The position numbers were made by a program, and so were the translations under genes. A stretch of 64,000 nucleotides of DNA, taken from the NCBI GenBank assembly GCA_018713255.1, contig DVFL01000023.1:99820-163819 (forward strand). The letters run 5' to 3'. Positions 1-9,205 of the stretch are shown here, in pieces. The notes beneath the pieces are model-generated. The model worked only from the letters and a program-made list of their open reading frames with translations. It was not told the DNA's origin and did not search any database. This stretch comes from Candidatus Cottocaccamicrobium excrementipullorum. Lineage in GTDB: Bacteria; Bacillota; Clostridia; Lachnospirales; Lachnospiraceae. Every line of letters begins with the position of its first letter. The stretch's first letter is position 1.

Positions 1-1170
1 AGGAACATCCAGATCCGGGGTCTCTACCGTAGATGGAATGGAGTTTAAGTTCTCACAGTAAACCTTGTAATTTTCCGGTGCGAAGAAGAATTTGATGAAT
101 TCTTCTGCAGCAGCTTTCTTGTTGGGGTCTTTTGCCGCTTCTGCGGAAATTGCCAGACCGCCGATTCCAGAGCCGCCCACCAGGCGAAGCTTGCCATCGG
201 GGCTGGGAACCGGGAACCATCCGATTTCAAAGTCCGGATCAGCCTGCTGGATCTGGCTGAACATATGAGTTCCAGAGAACATCATTGCCGCCATGTCATT
301 TACCAGGAAGGTGGTAATCTGGGCGTCAGGAGTGGATACCCAGCCGTCCTGGGCGTACTGCATAATTTCGATCATTTCTTCAAAGGTGGCTTTGATGGTG
401 GGATCAGAGAAATCCTTGGAGCCATCGTAGCAGTGCTCAATGAAATCGGGATCTACGCTCATTACCTGATCATCGTATGCTTTATTGAACCAGAAGCCCA
501 TGTGCCACAGATCTTGTCCGCCGACTACCAGAGGGGCCATATCCCCCAGATCCTTGATGGTCTGGCACAGTTCGATAAACTCATCATAGGTGGTGGGTTC
601 AGTGAGGCCGTTTTCATCGAAATAGGCTTTATTGTAGATAATTCCATTGGTGTTTTCGCCGCCAAGAGCTGCGGTGTATACTTCGCCGTTAAACTCCATG
701 GGAGCTTTGAACATGGAGACGATATCATCGGGGAGAGGCGCCAGCTTTCCTGCCCGCACGTACATGGCGGTGTCGCGCATTTCCATTACCTCCGGGAACT
801 CGCCTACGCTGTCCTTGGTCTTTAACAGCTCTGAGTAGTTTCCGCCGGTTCCAGGTTCAATGGTGATGTTAATCATGTCATAGGTGTCATTGAACCGGTT
901 CACAATCTCGTTCATAGATTTCTTCGCGCCTTCATCGCCGTCGGCGAAAATGAAGGTCAGATCCGTCTGTTCCGTTACAATGGAATCGGCGGCTGCCTGG
1001 GAAGAGGAATCGGCGGCTTCTGTGTCCTCTGCGCTTCCTGCATCTGAGGCGGCTTCAGTGGCTTCAGCAGCTGTGGTAGCGGTAGTGCTTTGATCACCGC
1101 ATGCTGCTAAGGATACGGTCATGGCTGCGGCTAAGGCTGCGGATACAAATACGTTAAGTTTCTTTCTCAT
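1..1170 (-). CDS. ABC transporter extracellular solute-binding lipoprotein (sugar type); 3' end runs off the window
   Basis: Absent from the ORF track because it is open at the window edge. Reverse-strand ATG at 1168-1170 follows GGGAGGA. My translation starts MRKKLNVFVSAALAAAMTVSLAACGDQ (signal peptide plus LAAC lipobox) and stays open to base 1. Confidence 0.75.
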   Translation of the reverse strand, partial: MRKKLNVFVSAALAAAMTVSLAACGDQSTTATTAAEATEAASDAGSAEDTEAADSSSQAAADSIVTEQTDLTFIFADGDEGAKKSMNEIVNRFNDTYDMINITIEPGTGGNYSELLKTKDSVGEFPEVMEMRDTAMYVRAGKLAPLPDDIVSMFKAPMEFNGEVYTAALGGENTNGIIYNKAYFDENGLTEPTTYDEFIELCQTIKDLGDMAPLVVGGQDLWHMGFWFNKAYDDQVMSVDPDFIEHCYDGSKDFSDPTIKATFEEMIEIMQYAQDGWVSTPDAQITTFLVNDMAAMMFSGTHMFSQIQQADPDFEIGWFPVPSPDGKLRLVGGSGIGGLAISAEAAKDPNKKAAAEEFIKFFFAPENYKVYCENLNSIPSTVETPDLDVP

Positions 1171-1226
1171 AATGTCCTCCCTTTCTTATGTTGTTTTTGC
1201 TTCCCTTTGATGGTTATATCATAGCA

Positions 1227-1257
1227 AAAACTCCGGACAGAGGGCACCGGAGTTTTA
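1227..1257 (-). terminator. Putative bidirectional rho-independent terminator downstream of the AraC gene
   Basis: AAAAACTCCGG-ACAGAGGGCA-CCGGAGTTTT: 6-bp GC-rich stem flanked by an A-run and a T-run. Confidence 0.45.
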
Positions 1258-1312
1258 AAGATAAAAGTGCGGATTTTTAAGATTCGCCTTAAATTTTCCC
1301 AGGAGCCTTGTC

Positions 1313-2131
1313 TTAACTTTCTGCAGGAGGAGGGGAACTTCGGTGAAGTTTTTCCTCCCTTGTCTGAGCACGGTACTGGGATGGGGTGAGACCCATATAT
1401 TTTTTGAATTGCCGCATGTAATGCAGCGGATTTTCATATCCGCAGAAAGCAGATACAGAGCTGATGTCCATGTCTGTTTCCATCAGATAAAAGCAGCTGT
1501 TTTCCAGGCGGGCCTTGATCAGATCTCGATGGGGCGGAAGACCAAAAAAATCCTTATATAAATGCTGAAACCGGGAGGCGCTTAAATTTAAGGAACGGGC
1601 CAGGGTATCGGTATCCCAATTTCTGGCGGGGGCGTTCAGGATTTCCTGCCGAAGGCGGAAAAAGACAGGGTAAAGCGGATTTTTGATTTCCGGTTCGGCT
1701 CTGGGGCCTTCAGAAAGCTTCCAGAGGACTGCCCTCATCAGAGCGTCCTGAATGGAGGATGAGGAGGGGGACTTTCTTCGGCTTTCTTTTACCAGGAGCC
1801 GGACGCACTGGGTCAGCATGGAAAAGTCCTGGGGAAGAAATGGGATTCCGAAGGGAATGTTTGTCTGTTCCAGGATCTGTTCATGGGAAGACAGAGAAAA
1901 GTGAATCCAGTCGTCGTTGTAATGGTCCAGCTGGCAGCCGTAGCGGATGGGGGTATGTTTCTGAAAAAGGACTGCAGATTCCGGGAGGGCAGGCACTAAC
2001 CGTCCCTCCCTTGCCACATACCCTTCGGTTTTCATCAGCAGAAGCAGATAATGATCCAGGCCGTGGCGGTGTTCCATTTCTACCGGCCGCAAATGGTGAG
2101 AGTCATGGCCGCAGCGGAGAATGAAGATCAT
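1313..2131 (-). CDS. AraC family transcriptional regulator
   Basis: 272-aa ORF. The C-terminal double HTH (LARSLNLSASRFQHLYKDFFG...YENPLHYMRQFKKYMGLTPSQYR) is typical of AraC/XylS. Confidence 0.85.
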   Translation of the reverse strand: MIFILRCGHDSHHLRPVEMEHRHGLDHYLLLLMKTEGYVAREGRLVPALPESAVLFQKHTPIRYGCQLDHYNDDWIHFSLSSHEQILEQTNIPFGIPFLPQDFSMLTQCVRLLVKESRRKSPSSSSIQDALMRAVLWKLSEGPRAEPEIKNPLYPVFFRLRQEILNAPARNWDTDTLARSLNLSASRFQHLYKDFFGLPPHRDLIKARLENSCFYLMETDMDISSVSAFCGYENPLHYMRQFKKYMGLTPSQYRAQTREEKLHRSSPPPAES

Positions 2132-2347
2132 GGCGGATAAATTCCTTTCTGTGATTGTTTTGCTGCAAAGGCAGCGACGACGTTCCTCCTGAACGCTGAT
2201 ATTGGCATCAGTTCAGCAAAATCCGTCAGTTAAAAACAGTTTAATCCATTGTGGGAAAGATGTCAAAAGGATAAAATCTTAAACAGAGATTCACGAAAGA
2301 ATGTTGGAAAGGCTGAGAAAAAATCAGTCTTCAGGAAAGGAGAAGCA

Positions 2348-3517
2348 ATGATTAATATTAGCCAAGAAGATCAGTCCTGGGTGAAAGACACCCTGGATCG
2401 TGTGATTGAGAAAATGGAAGCGGTGCGGCAGCGCACGGGGGAGAAGATTCCGGCGGTGGCCATTAACGGGACTTATGATGATCGTTCGGACAGTTCTGTG
2501 AAATGGGATATGGATAATGGAATTAACTGGTGGACCAATGGGTTCTGGGGAGGAATCATGTGGCAGCTATACCATTATACGGGAGACAGCCGGTACATGG
2601 AGACCGCCAGGATATCCGAGGAAAAAATGGACAAGTGCTTTTCTCTGTATTACGGACTTCATCATGACGTAGGCTTTATGTGGCTTCCCACGGCGGTGGC
2701 GGATTACCGTCTTACGGGCAATAAGGAGTCTAGAAAACGAGGGCTGCTGGCGGCCCAGCTGCTGGCCGGACGATTCAACTCGGCGGGGAAATTTATCCGG
2801 GCCTGGAATGACAATGTGCCGGGGCAGAAGGAGAGCAATCGGGGCTGGGCCATTATCGACTGCCTGTTTAATATTCCTCTGCTTTACTGGGCTTCCGAAG
2901 AAATGGAGGATCCCCGGTTTAAAGAAATTGCCATGCTTCACGCGGATACGGCTGCCCGGTATTTTATCCGGGAGGACGGCTCGGTACGTCATATTGTAGA
3001 ATTTGATCCTTTTACCGGAGAGATGGTAAGAGAGCTGGGAGGTCAGGGATACGCAGAAGGAAGTTCCTGGACCAGAGGCCAGACCTGGGCTATCTACGGC
3101 TTTGCCGTCAGCTATCTCCACACGAAAAAAGAGGAGTACCTTAAGGCGGCCAGGAAGGCGGCGGACCGGTTTCTCTCCCGGATTCCCGAGGACTGGCATA
3201 TTCCGGTGGACTTTGATCAGCCGGCCTCGCCTCATTATGAGGATTCCACCGCGGCGGCAGTGGCAGCAGGAGGATTTCTGGAGCTGTCCCAGTTAATTCC
3301 CGAAAGAGAAGAGGCTTACAGAAACGCCGGAATCCGCCTGCTGAAAACCTTGGCGGCAGACCGCTGTGATTTTTGCCCGGAGACCGATGGAATTCTCTCC
3401 CGCTGCACCGGTTCTTATCATGGAACCTGGGACCGGGAAATCAATTTCGTCTACGCAGATTATTATTTTATTGAAGCTTTGTTAAAGCTGGCAGGCCGGG
3501 AGGTTAAGATCTGGTAA
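2348..3517 (+). CDS. Glycoside hydrolase family 88 (unsaturated glucuronyl/chondroitin-disaccharide hydrolase-like)
   Basis: WWTNGFWGGIMWQLY and HHDVGFMW motifs typical of GH88. Start moved to the internal ATG at 2348, preceded by AAGGAGAAG. Confidence 0.8.
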   Translation: MINISQEDQSWVKDTLDRVIEKMEAVRQRTGEKIPAVAINGTYDDRSDSSVKWDMDNGINWWTNGFWGGIMWQLYHYTGDSRYMETARISEEKMDKCFSLYYGLHHDVGFMWLPTAVADYRLTGNKESRKRGLLAAQLLAGRFNSAGKFIRAWNDNVPGQKESNRGWAIIDCLFNIPLLYWASEEMEDPRFKEIAMLHADTAARYFIREDGSVRHIVEFDPFTGEMVRELGGQGYAEGSSWTRGQTWAIYGFAVSYLHTKKEEYLKAARKAADRFLSRIPEDWHIPVDFDQPASPHYEDSTAAAVAAGGFLELSQLIPEREEAYRNAGIRLLKTLAADRCDFCPETDGILSRCTGSYHGTWDREINFVYADYYFIEALLKLAGREVKIW

Positions 3518-3531
3518 ATGCCGTATGTTCA

Positions 3532-3606
3532 AATACTCTCTGATGGTTAGCGTGATGCCAGGAATGAAAACTGGCATTGAAGCACTTCATCAGAGAGTAT
3601 TTTTTG
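3532..3606 (+). terminator. Putative terminator after the GH88 gene
   Basis: AATACTCTCTGATG ... CATCAGAGAGTATT long-range stem with an inner TGCCAG/CTGGCA stem, followed by a T-run. Confidence 0.45.
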
Positions 3607-3781
3607 GTTGGAAAGGAATATGGGATGACCGTCCATAAATCAGGAAATGTATTTGGCAAACGGCAGGAAAGCTGATTCTGCCTGCTTTCCCATATACGGC
3701 GCGAATTGAGAAAAATAATTGACAAGGATTGTTTTTCGTAGTAACATCAAATTAAAAATTTGTTAAAGGAGTGGTTTGATT

Positions 3782-5065
3782 ATGGATCCGTCTGGTGACG
3801 CGGTCATACAGTTGTTTATTTTACTTATTCTTTTGGCTCTATCTGCATTCTTTTCTTCTTCTGAGACAGCGCTTGTAACGGTGAATAAAATCCGCATGCG
3901 AAACATGGCTGAAGGTGGGAACAAACAGGCAGAAACGGTAATTAAGACCGTAGAGAATCAGGGCAAAATGCTCAGCGCCATATTGATTGGGAATAATGTG
4001 GTGAATTTGTCTGCTTCTTCGTTAGCTACCGTGATGGCCTCCAGTCTTTTCGGAAATAAGGCGGTAGGTATCGCAACCGGAATTTTAACGCTGCTGATTC
4101 TTGTGTTTGGTGAAATTACCCCGAAAACAATGGCTACTTATTCTGCTGAAAAAATTTCTTTAAAAGTGGCTAGATATATTTATTTTCTGATGACTGTGCT
4201 GACGCCGGTGATTTTTTTGGTTAATCTTCTTTCGGGCGTTGTGCTGAAGCTCTGCGGCGTTAATACCGAGGAAAAGCGAGAATCCATTACCGAGGATGAG
4301 CTTCGCACCATCGTTGAAGTAAGCCACGAAGAGGGCGTTCTGGAAACAGAAGAAAAGAAGATGATTACCAATGTGTTTGATTTTGGGGAAAGTCTGGCGA
4401 AAGATATTATGGTGCCAAGAGTAGATATGACGTTTGCCCAGGTGGATGACACATATGACCAGCTTCTGGAAATTTACCGTAAGGAGCGGTATACCCGAAT
4501 TCCTGTTTATGAAGATTCTACAGATAATGTAATCGGCATTATTAATGTGAAGGATTTGCTGCTGCTGGACAGCAAAGAAGATTTTCATATCAGAGATTAT
4601 CTCCGGCAGCCGTTGTATACATACGAGTATAAGAAAGCCTCCGAATTAATGCTGGAAATGCGGAAAAGTTTAAACAACATTGTTATTGTTCTGGATGAAT
4701 ACGGGGCGACGGCAGGCCTGATTACTTTGGAGGATATGCTGGAAGAGATTGTTGGGGATATTCGAGATGAATACGACAGTGACGAAGAGGAAAGTCTGGT
4801 GGAGATTAAGCCTGGAGTATACCGGGTGAACGCATCCATGAAATTAGACGACCTAAATGATCGGCTGGAGCTTCATCTGCAGTCAGAGGAGTACGATTCT
4901 CTTGGCGGCTTGGTGATTGGACTGTTGGATCATCTGCCTGAAGAGGGTGAGAAAGTAGAAGAAGACGGCCTTCAAATGACGGTGGAGCATGTGGATAAGA
5001 ATCGAATCGAAACCATCATTTTAACTCTTCCCGCCAAAGAAGAGCCGCCTGTTTCTGAAGAATAA
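3782..5065 (+). CDS. CNNM/HlyC-CorC family transporter (DUF21 membrane domain + CBS pair + CorC_HlyC)
   Basis: N-terminal TM region, then ITEDELRTIVEVSHEEGVLETEEKKMITNVFDF, then a CBS pair and a C-terminal CorC domain. ATG at 3782 lies about 10 nt after AGGAG. Confidence 0.85.
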   Translation: MDPSGDAVIQLFILLILLALSAFFSSSETALVTVNKIRMRNMAEGGNKQAETVIKTVENQGKMLSAILIGNNVVNLSASSLATVMASSLFGNKAVGIATGILTLLILVFGEITPKTMATYSAEKISLKVARYIYFLMTVLTPVIFLVNLLSGVVLKLCGVNTEEKRESITEDELRTIVEVSHEEGVLETEEKKMITNVFDFGESLAKDIMVPRVDMTFAQVDDTYDQLLEIYRKERYTRIPVYEDSTDNVIGIINVKDLLLLDSKEDFHIRDYLRQPLYTYEYKKASELMLEMRKSLNNIVIVLDEYGATAGLITLEDMLEEIVGDIRDEYDSDEEESLVEIKPGVYRVNASMKLDDLNDRLELHLQSEEYDSLGGLVIGLLDHLPEEGEKVEEDGLQMTVEHVDKNRIETIILTLPAKEEPPVSEE

Positions 5066-5121
5066 AATTTCGCGCAGGAAAACGCGGGCTGATGAAGAGA
5101 AAGAATAGGTACAAGAAGGAG

Positions 5122-5706
5122 TTATTTTGCTTCATGTGCCTGTTCTTTTCTTTTGCAGATCAGCTGGGTCATGGTTCCCATCGGGCAGTAAACACACCAG
5201 CTCCGCGGCTTAAACAGCGCCATAGTGATCAGGCCCAGAACGGTGGAAGTCAGCATTACGCTGTAAAAACCGAAAGCAAACTGCGCGGCGCCAGGGTGGA
5301 ACAGGGTTCCATGATAGGCCCAGTGCCAGGGCAGCTTAAAGGTCCAGAGCAGCGTAACAGTCTGCTTAAGATCAGCGGCTCCGGCAAACACAAGGTAAGT
5401 ATTCCAGAGCATCTGCATAAACATCACCAGAAAGAAAAGCAGAAAACCATAGCGAAAAATCTTGCTTTTCATCCATCTGGGAATATCTTTTTTTCGGGAA
5501 AGCCCAAAGCGTCCGCCCAGAAGTCCGAACAGCTGCCCTCGTCCGCAGTAGCGGTTGCAGTAGCCCTTTGTCCCTCGAATAATGGAAATCAGCAGAGGAA
5601 TAAAAAAGCACAGAAGGCCCAGCCAGGCAAAAAGGATATTCAAAAATCCAAGAACCAGATAAGTCAGGGACAGAATCCACAGATAATCATACCATCGCTT
5701 TTTCAT
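5122..5706 (-). CDS. Polytopic membrane protein with conserved Cys motifs (4Fe-4S-binding membrane protein family-like)
   Basis: The ORF 5122..5811 is trimmed to MKKRWYDYLW... Several TM helices; CNRYCGRG and WCVYCPMG motifs. Its ATG overlaps the upstream ferredoxin stop by 1 nt (TGATG). Confidence 0.6.
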   Translation of the reverse strand: MKKRWYDYLWILSLTYLVLGFLNILFAWLGLLCFFIPLLISIIRGTKGYCNRYCGRGQLFGLLGGRFGLSRKKDIPRWMKSKIFRYGFLLFFLVMFMQMLWNTYLVFAGAADLKQTVTLLWTFKLPWHWAYHGTLFHPGAAQFAFGFYSVMLTSTVLGLITMALFKPRSWCVYCPMGTMTQLICKRKEQAHEAK

Positions 5707-5930
5707 CACAGCACCTCCTGAATCGTAATTACAGAGGCGGGACATTCTTTGGCACATCTGCCGCATCCCACGCATTTTTCCAGGGATATTCTGGCGGTGA
5801 TCCCCTTCCATATTTTAATGGCATCTCTGGGACAGACCTTCACACAGCAGCCGCAGGCCACACAAGTCTTGCTGTCCACCAGAGCTTTTCGCGTTTTCTT
5901 TGGCTTTGTTTTGCTTTCATTTTTTTCCAT
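5706..5930 (-). CDS. Small 2x[4Fe-4S] ferredoxin
   Basis: MEKNESK... carries CVACGCCVKVCP and CVGCGRCAKECP dicluster motifs. ATG at 5928-5930 follows AGGAGG. Confidence 0.8.
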   Translation of the reverse strand: MEKNESKTKPKKTRKALVDSKTCVACGCCVKVCPRDAIKIWKGITARISLEKCVGCGRCAKECPASVITIQEVL

Positions 5931-5940
5931 GCTGCAACCT

Positions 5941-5978
5941 CCTGTTATTTCTGGAGACAGTATAGCAGAAATAACAGG
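5941..5978 (-). promoter_or_regulatory. Perfect 13-bp inverted repeat (CCTGTTATTTCTG-12 nt-CAGAAATAACAGG) abutting the ferredoxin RBS
   Basis: Read directly from the sequence. On the coding strand the spacer contains TATACT, and the proximal arm overlaps the AGGAGG Shine-Dalgarno. Confidence 0.4.
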
Positions 5979-6326
5979 AAGATTCAGTGACCAGGTCACG
6001 GTGCTGCCCTGGACTATCCTTTTGCATAGTTCCAATTCCCCGGAGTTTTTGTTGCACTTTTTCCCGCAAGGGTAGCATGGGCGTGTTCCCGCTGCATGCC
6101 GATGTTAAACGGAAGAAAAATGCTTTCGTATTGATTTTAGTATATCGGATTCATGAAAAATTGTCCGAAAAAGTGGCTTAATTTATAAGACCATTATAGC
6201 CATTGAGCAGGCTGCAGATGGACAGAAATTCCTGAGCATAGTATAATTAATGGAAAAGATCATACAGAAAACAGATAACCGTCCTGAACGGTTACGAATA
6301 AAGGAAAAAAGAAAGGGAAAAGGATC

Positions 6327-6668
6327 ATGAGGCAGGAAACCATTGATCAGGTATTAAAATTCAGAGATGAGCGTAATTGGAAGCAATTTCATAATCCTAA
6401 GGACCTGGCAATTTCCATATCTCTGGAAGCGGCAGAACTGCTGGAAATCTTTCAGTGGAGCGCCGAGGATGTACGTTGTGAAGGGAAAAAGGATAAAATG
6501 CGGGAAGAACTGGCGGATGTCCTAAATTACTGCATTCTGATGGCGGACACCTGCGGCTTTGATCTGGATGAAATTATATTGGAAAAAGTGAAGAAAAACG
6601 CGGAAAAATATCCGGTGGAGAAAGCCTACGGAAGCAAAGAAAAGTATACGAAGCTGAAAGATATATAA
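6327..6668 (+). CDS. MazG-like nucleotide pyrophosphohydrolase (small all-alpha NTP-PPase)
   Basis: 113 aa. EAAELLEIFQW ... REELADVLNYCILMA fits the ExxE...ExxD MazG metal-binding signature. Confidence 0.8.
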   Translation: MRQETIDQVLKFRDERNWKQFHNPKDLAISISLEAAELLEIFQWSAEDVRCEGKKDKMREELADVLNYCILMADTCGFDLDEIILEKVKKNAEKYPVEKAYGSKEKYTKLKDI

Positions 6669-6685
6669 GGAGGGAAGGGCCGGGA

Positions 6686-8434
6686 ATGGCGATGAATTAT
6701 CCAATTGTAGAAAAAATCCAGGATAATCTGGCTGGACTGGAGGAGCTGGAAAGAAAACTGAGGGACAAAAGCCGGCAGAAGGACAGAGAAGTCTTGCTGG
6801 AATTTCCTACGGTTTACATTCACAACTGGAAAAATACGGGGAATTATGAGGTTTATATTGGAGAAACCAATCATATTATTCGGCGGACGAAGCAGCATTT
6901 TGAGAAGGGAAAAGCTGAGGGAGAATGGCCGTCTCAATTGTCCCGGTCTAACGCCAGCCTTTATATTATCGGGCATGAGCATTTTAATAAATCATTAACC
7001 CTGGATATCGAAAATCGCCTGATGCTGTATCTCATGAGCGCGGATCATGTTCGAAAAATCCATAATCTGCGGGGAAATCCCCAGAGAAAATATTATCCTG
7101 ATCAGGAAATGGACAATATTTTTCGGCAGATTTGGAAAACGCTGAGAAAGGATAATGGAGAGTTATTTCCCAAAGAAAGCGCCGTCAGGGATTCTGCTCT
7201 TTTTAAAGCCTCACCCCTTCATAAATTGACCATAGAGCAGGAGCAGATTAAAGAAAAGATTATTGAGCGAGTGTTTTATTCTCTGGGGATAAGTGAGGCC
7301 CATCAGCTGATTTTCGTGGAAGGAGAGGCAGGGACAGGGAAAACGGTTTTAAACAGCAGTACGTTTTATGACATTTATTCTTATGCAGAGGAAAATGGGA
7401 AAAAAATAAGCTGTTATATGATGGTTAATCACGATGAGCAGATCAGGGTTTATGAACAGATCGCACTGAAATTAGGATTAAAGGGTGAGAATGAGGAAAT
7501 TGTCCTTAAGCCTACCAGTTTTATTAATCATCATAGTAAAGAAGAACCTGTTGATATTGCCTTTATTGACGAAGGCCATTTGCTGTTAACCCAGGGAAAA
7601 CAATCATATACAGGAAAAAACCAGCTGCAGGATATTATTGACCGGGCGAAAGTGACGGTGGTTATGTTTGATGCCAATCAGGTGTTAACCACAGAGCAGT
7701 ATTGGGAATATCAGGATTTGGAGCATTATCGAAAGCTGGCTGAAAGACAGGAAAATTACTTTGTGCTGGAAAAGCAGCTTCGGATCAAAGCATCAGAATC
7801 CATGATTGAATGGATCAACCGCTTTACGAAAAACAGGGAGATTTGTCCCATTCCCCGGGATAAGGGCGGATATGAAATCAGGATATTTCGCGATCCTTAT
7901 GAAATGGAAAAGGCGATCAAAGAAAAAGCCAAGGATGAAAATCATCAATTATCCCGGATGATCGCCACTTATGACTGGGAGTATCATTCGAAAAAGGCAT
8001 CGAAGCCCCATTTGCTTAAGTATTGGGAGGTAAAGATCGGAGACTGGCATAAACCCTGGAATTATGAGCTGGAGAAAGAACTGGACGGGAAAGCGAAAAA
8101 GAGAAATAAAACGCTGGCCTGGGCCGAACAGCCCCAGACCATTGACGAGATTGGCTCAACCTTTACCATCCAGGGATTTGATTTAAACTATGCCGGCGTG
8201 ATTTTAGGTCCCTCTGTTAAGTACAGAGAAGGGAAAATCATTTTTGATCCGGCAGAAAGCTGCAATAAAAAGGCCGTGCAGAACCGGACTTTATCCGATG
8301 GAAGCAGACAGAAATTCGGAGAAGAGTTTATCCAGCACGAAGTCCGGGTTCTTATGACGAGAGGTGTTGAAGGCCTTTTCGTTTACGCCTGCGATCCGGA
8401 ATTGCAGGCGGCGTTAATTCAGGCAGAAGGTTAG
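6686..8434 (+). CDS. GIY-YIG-like nuclease domain fused to a DUF2075-type SF1 P-loop ATPase/helicase
   Basis: N-terminus: VYIHNW...YEVYIGETNHIIRRTKQH...DIENRLMLYL (GIY/YIG/Arg/Glu pattern). Walker A GEAGTGKT, Walker B IAFIDEGH, C-terminal TIQGFDLNYAGVILG and VLMTRGVEGLFVYACD. Lies 17 nt downstream of the MazG-like gene. Confidence 0.7.
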   Translation: MAMNYPIVEKIQDNLAGLEELERKLRDKSRQKDREVLLEFPTVYIHNWKNTGNYEVYIGETNHIIRRTKQHFEKGKAEGEWPSQLSRSNASLYIIGHEHFNKSLTLDIENRLMLYLMSADHVRKIHNLRGNPQRKYYPDQEMDNIFRQIWKTLRKDNGELFPKESAVRDSALFKASPLHKLTIEQEQIKEKIIERVFYSLGISEAHQLIFVEGEAGTGKTVLNSSTFYDIYSYAEENGKKISCYMMVNHDEQIRVYEQIALKLGLKGENEEIVLKPTSFINHHSKEEPVDIAFIDEGHLLLTQGKQSYTGKNQLQDIIDRAKVTVVMFDANQVLTTEQYWEYQDLEHYRKLAERQENYFVLEKQLRIKASESMIEWINRFTKNREICPIPRDKGGYEIRIFRDPYEMEKAIKEKAKDENHQLSRMIATYDWEYHSKKASKPHLLKYWEVKIGDWHKPWNYELEKELDGKAKKRNKTLAWAEQPQTIDEIGSTFTIQGFDLNYAGVILGPSVKYREGKIIFDPAESCNKKAVQNRTLSDGSRQKFGEEFIQHEVRVLMTRGVEGLFVYACDPELQAALIQAEG

Positions 8435-8514
8435 CGAGGCCTTCCTCTTGACTCAGCTCCAGCACTGAGAATAATGCGTTAGAATTTCAGAAAACAGGAG
8501 AGGTGCAGGTTTTG

Positions 8515-9129
8515 ATGAAAAAGATCTTGATTATTTTAGGCGGCGGACGTAAGAAGGGAAATACAGCCCAATTAGCCGATGCGTTTATGAAGGGCGCCAT
8601 GGAAGCGGGGCATAAGACGGAACTGATTTCCTTAAATCAGCTGCAGGTGAACGGATGCATCGGCTGTAATGCCTGCCGTTATGGGAAGCCTTGTGTGCAG
8701 AAGGATGATTTTAATTCCCTGGTTCCAAAGATCTTAGAGGCAGATCTGCTAGTACTGGCGTCACCCTTATATTTTTGGACCATATCATCGAAGATTAAAG
8801 CATTTATTGAGCGATTTTACTGTATTGCCCAAGAGGACGATAATCTGCCTTTTGGAAGGTATGAAAAGTATCCGGTTCACGACTGCGCGTTGCTAATGAC
8901 GTCTGCCGACGACTTTTTCTGGACCTTTGAACAGGCTGTGTCTTATTATCAGTTTACGATGGTAAATTATATTGGCTTCCGCAATAAGGGAATGCTTCTG
9001 GCGGGAGGATGCGGCGATACTAACGGAAAGCCCTGTATCGATAAAACGGATCATTTGAGGGAGGCATATGAATTTGGGAAGGGGATATATGAAGATGAAG
9101 AGGTAACGGCTGAGAAAAAGCGGCAGTAA
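8515..9129 (+). CDS. Flavodoxin-fold NAD(P)H-dependent FMN reductase / iron-sulfur flavoprotein-like
   Basis: MKKILIILGGGRKKGNTAQLA... and CIGCNACRYGKPC are typical of this family. ATG at 8515 follows AGGAGAGG. Confidence 0.75.
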   Translation: MKKILIILGGGRKKGNTAQLADAFMKGAMEAGHKTELISLNQLQVNGCIGCNACRYGKPCVQKDDFNSLVPKILEADLLVLASPLYFWTISSKIKAFIERFYCIAQEDDNLPFGRYEKYPVHDCALLMTSADDFFWTFEQAVSYYQFTMVNYIGFRNKGMLLAGGCGDTNGKPCIDKTDHLREAYEFGKGIYEDEEVTAEKKRQ

Positions 9130-9205
9130 TTTGCAGAAAAACAGAGCAGAAGAAGCCGACAGCGCGTATTCCCATGAATAAATTCTCTTTACAATTGTCT
9201 CTTCT

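Noticed and set aside
265-1093. Plus-strand ORFs (186, 63 and 69 aa) across the first kilobase
   Set aside because: They lie antisense to a continuous reverse-strand solute-binding protein gene that has a clear signal peptide, lipobox and RBS. The plus-strand translations have no recognisable motifs.
5092-5721. 209-aa plus-strand ORF
   Set aside because: It is antisense to the Cys-rich membrane protein gene. The translation is low-complexity (K/Q/S-rich), with no RBS and no family resemblance.
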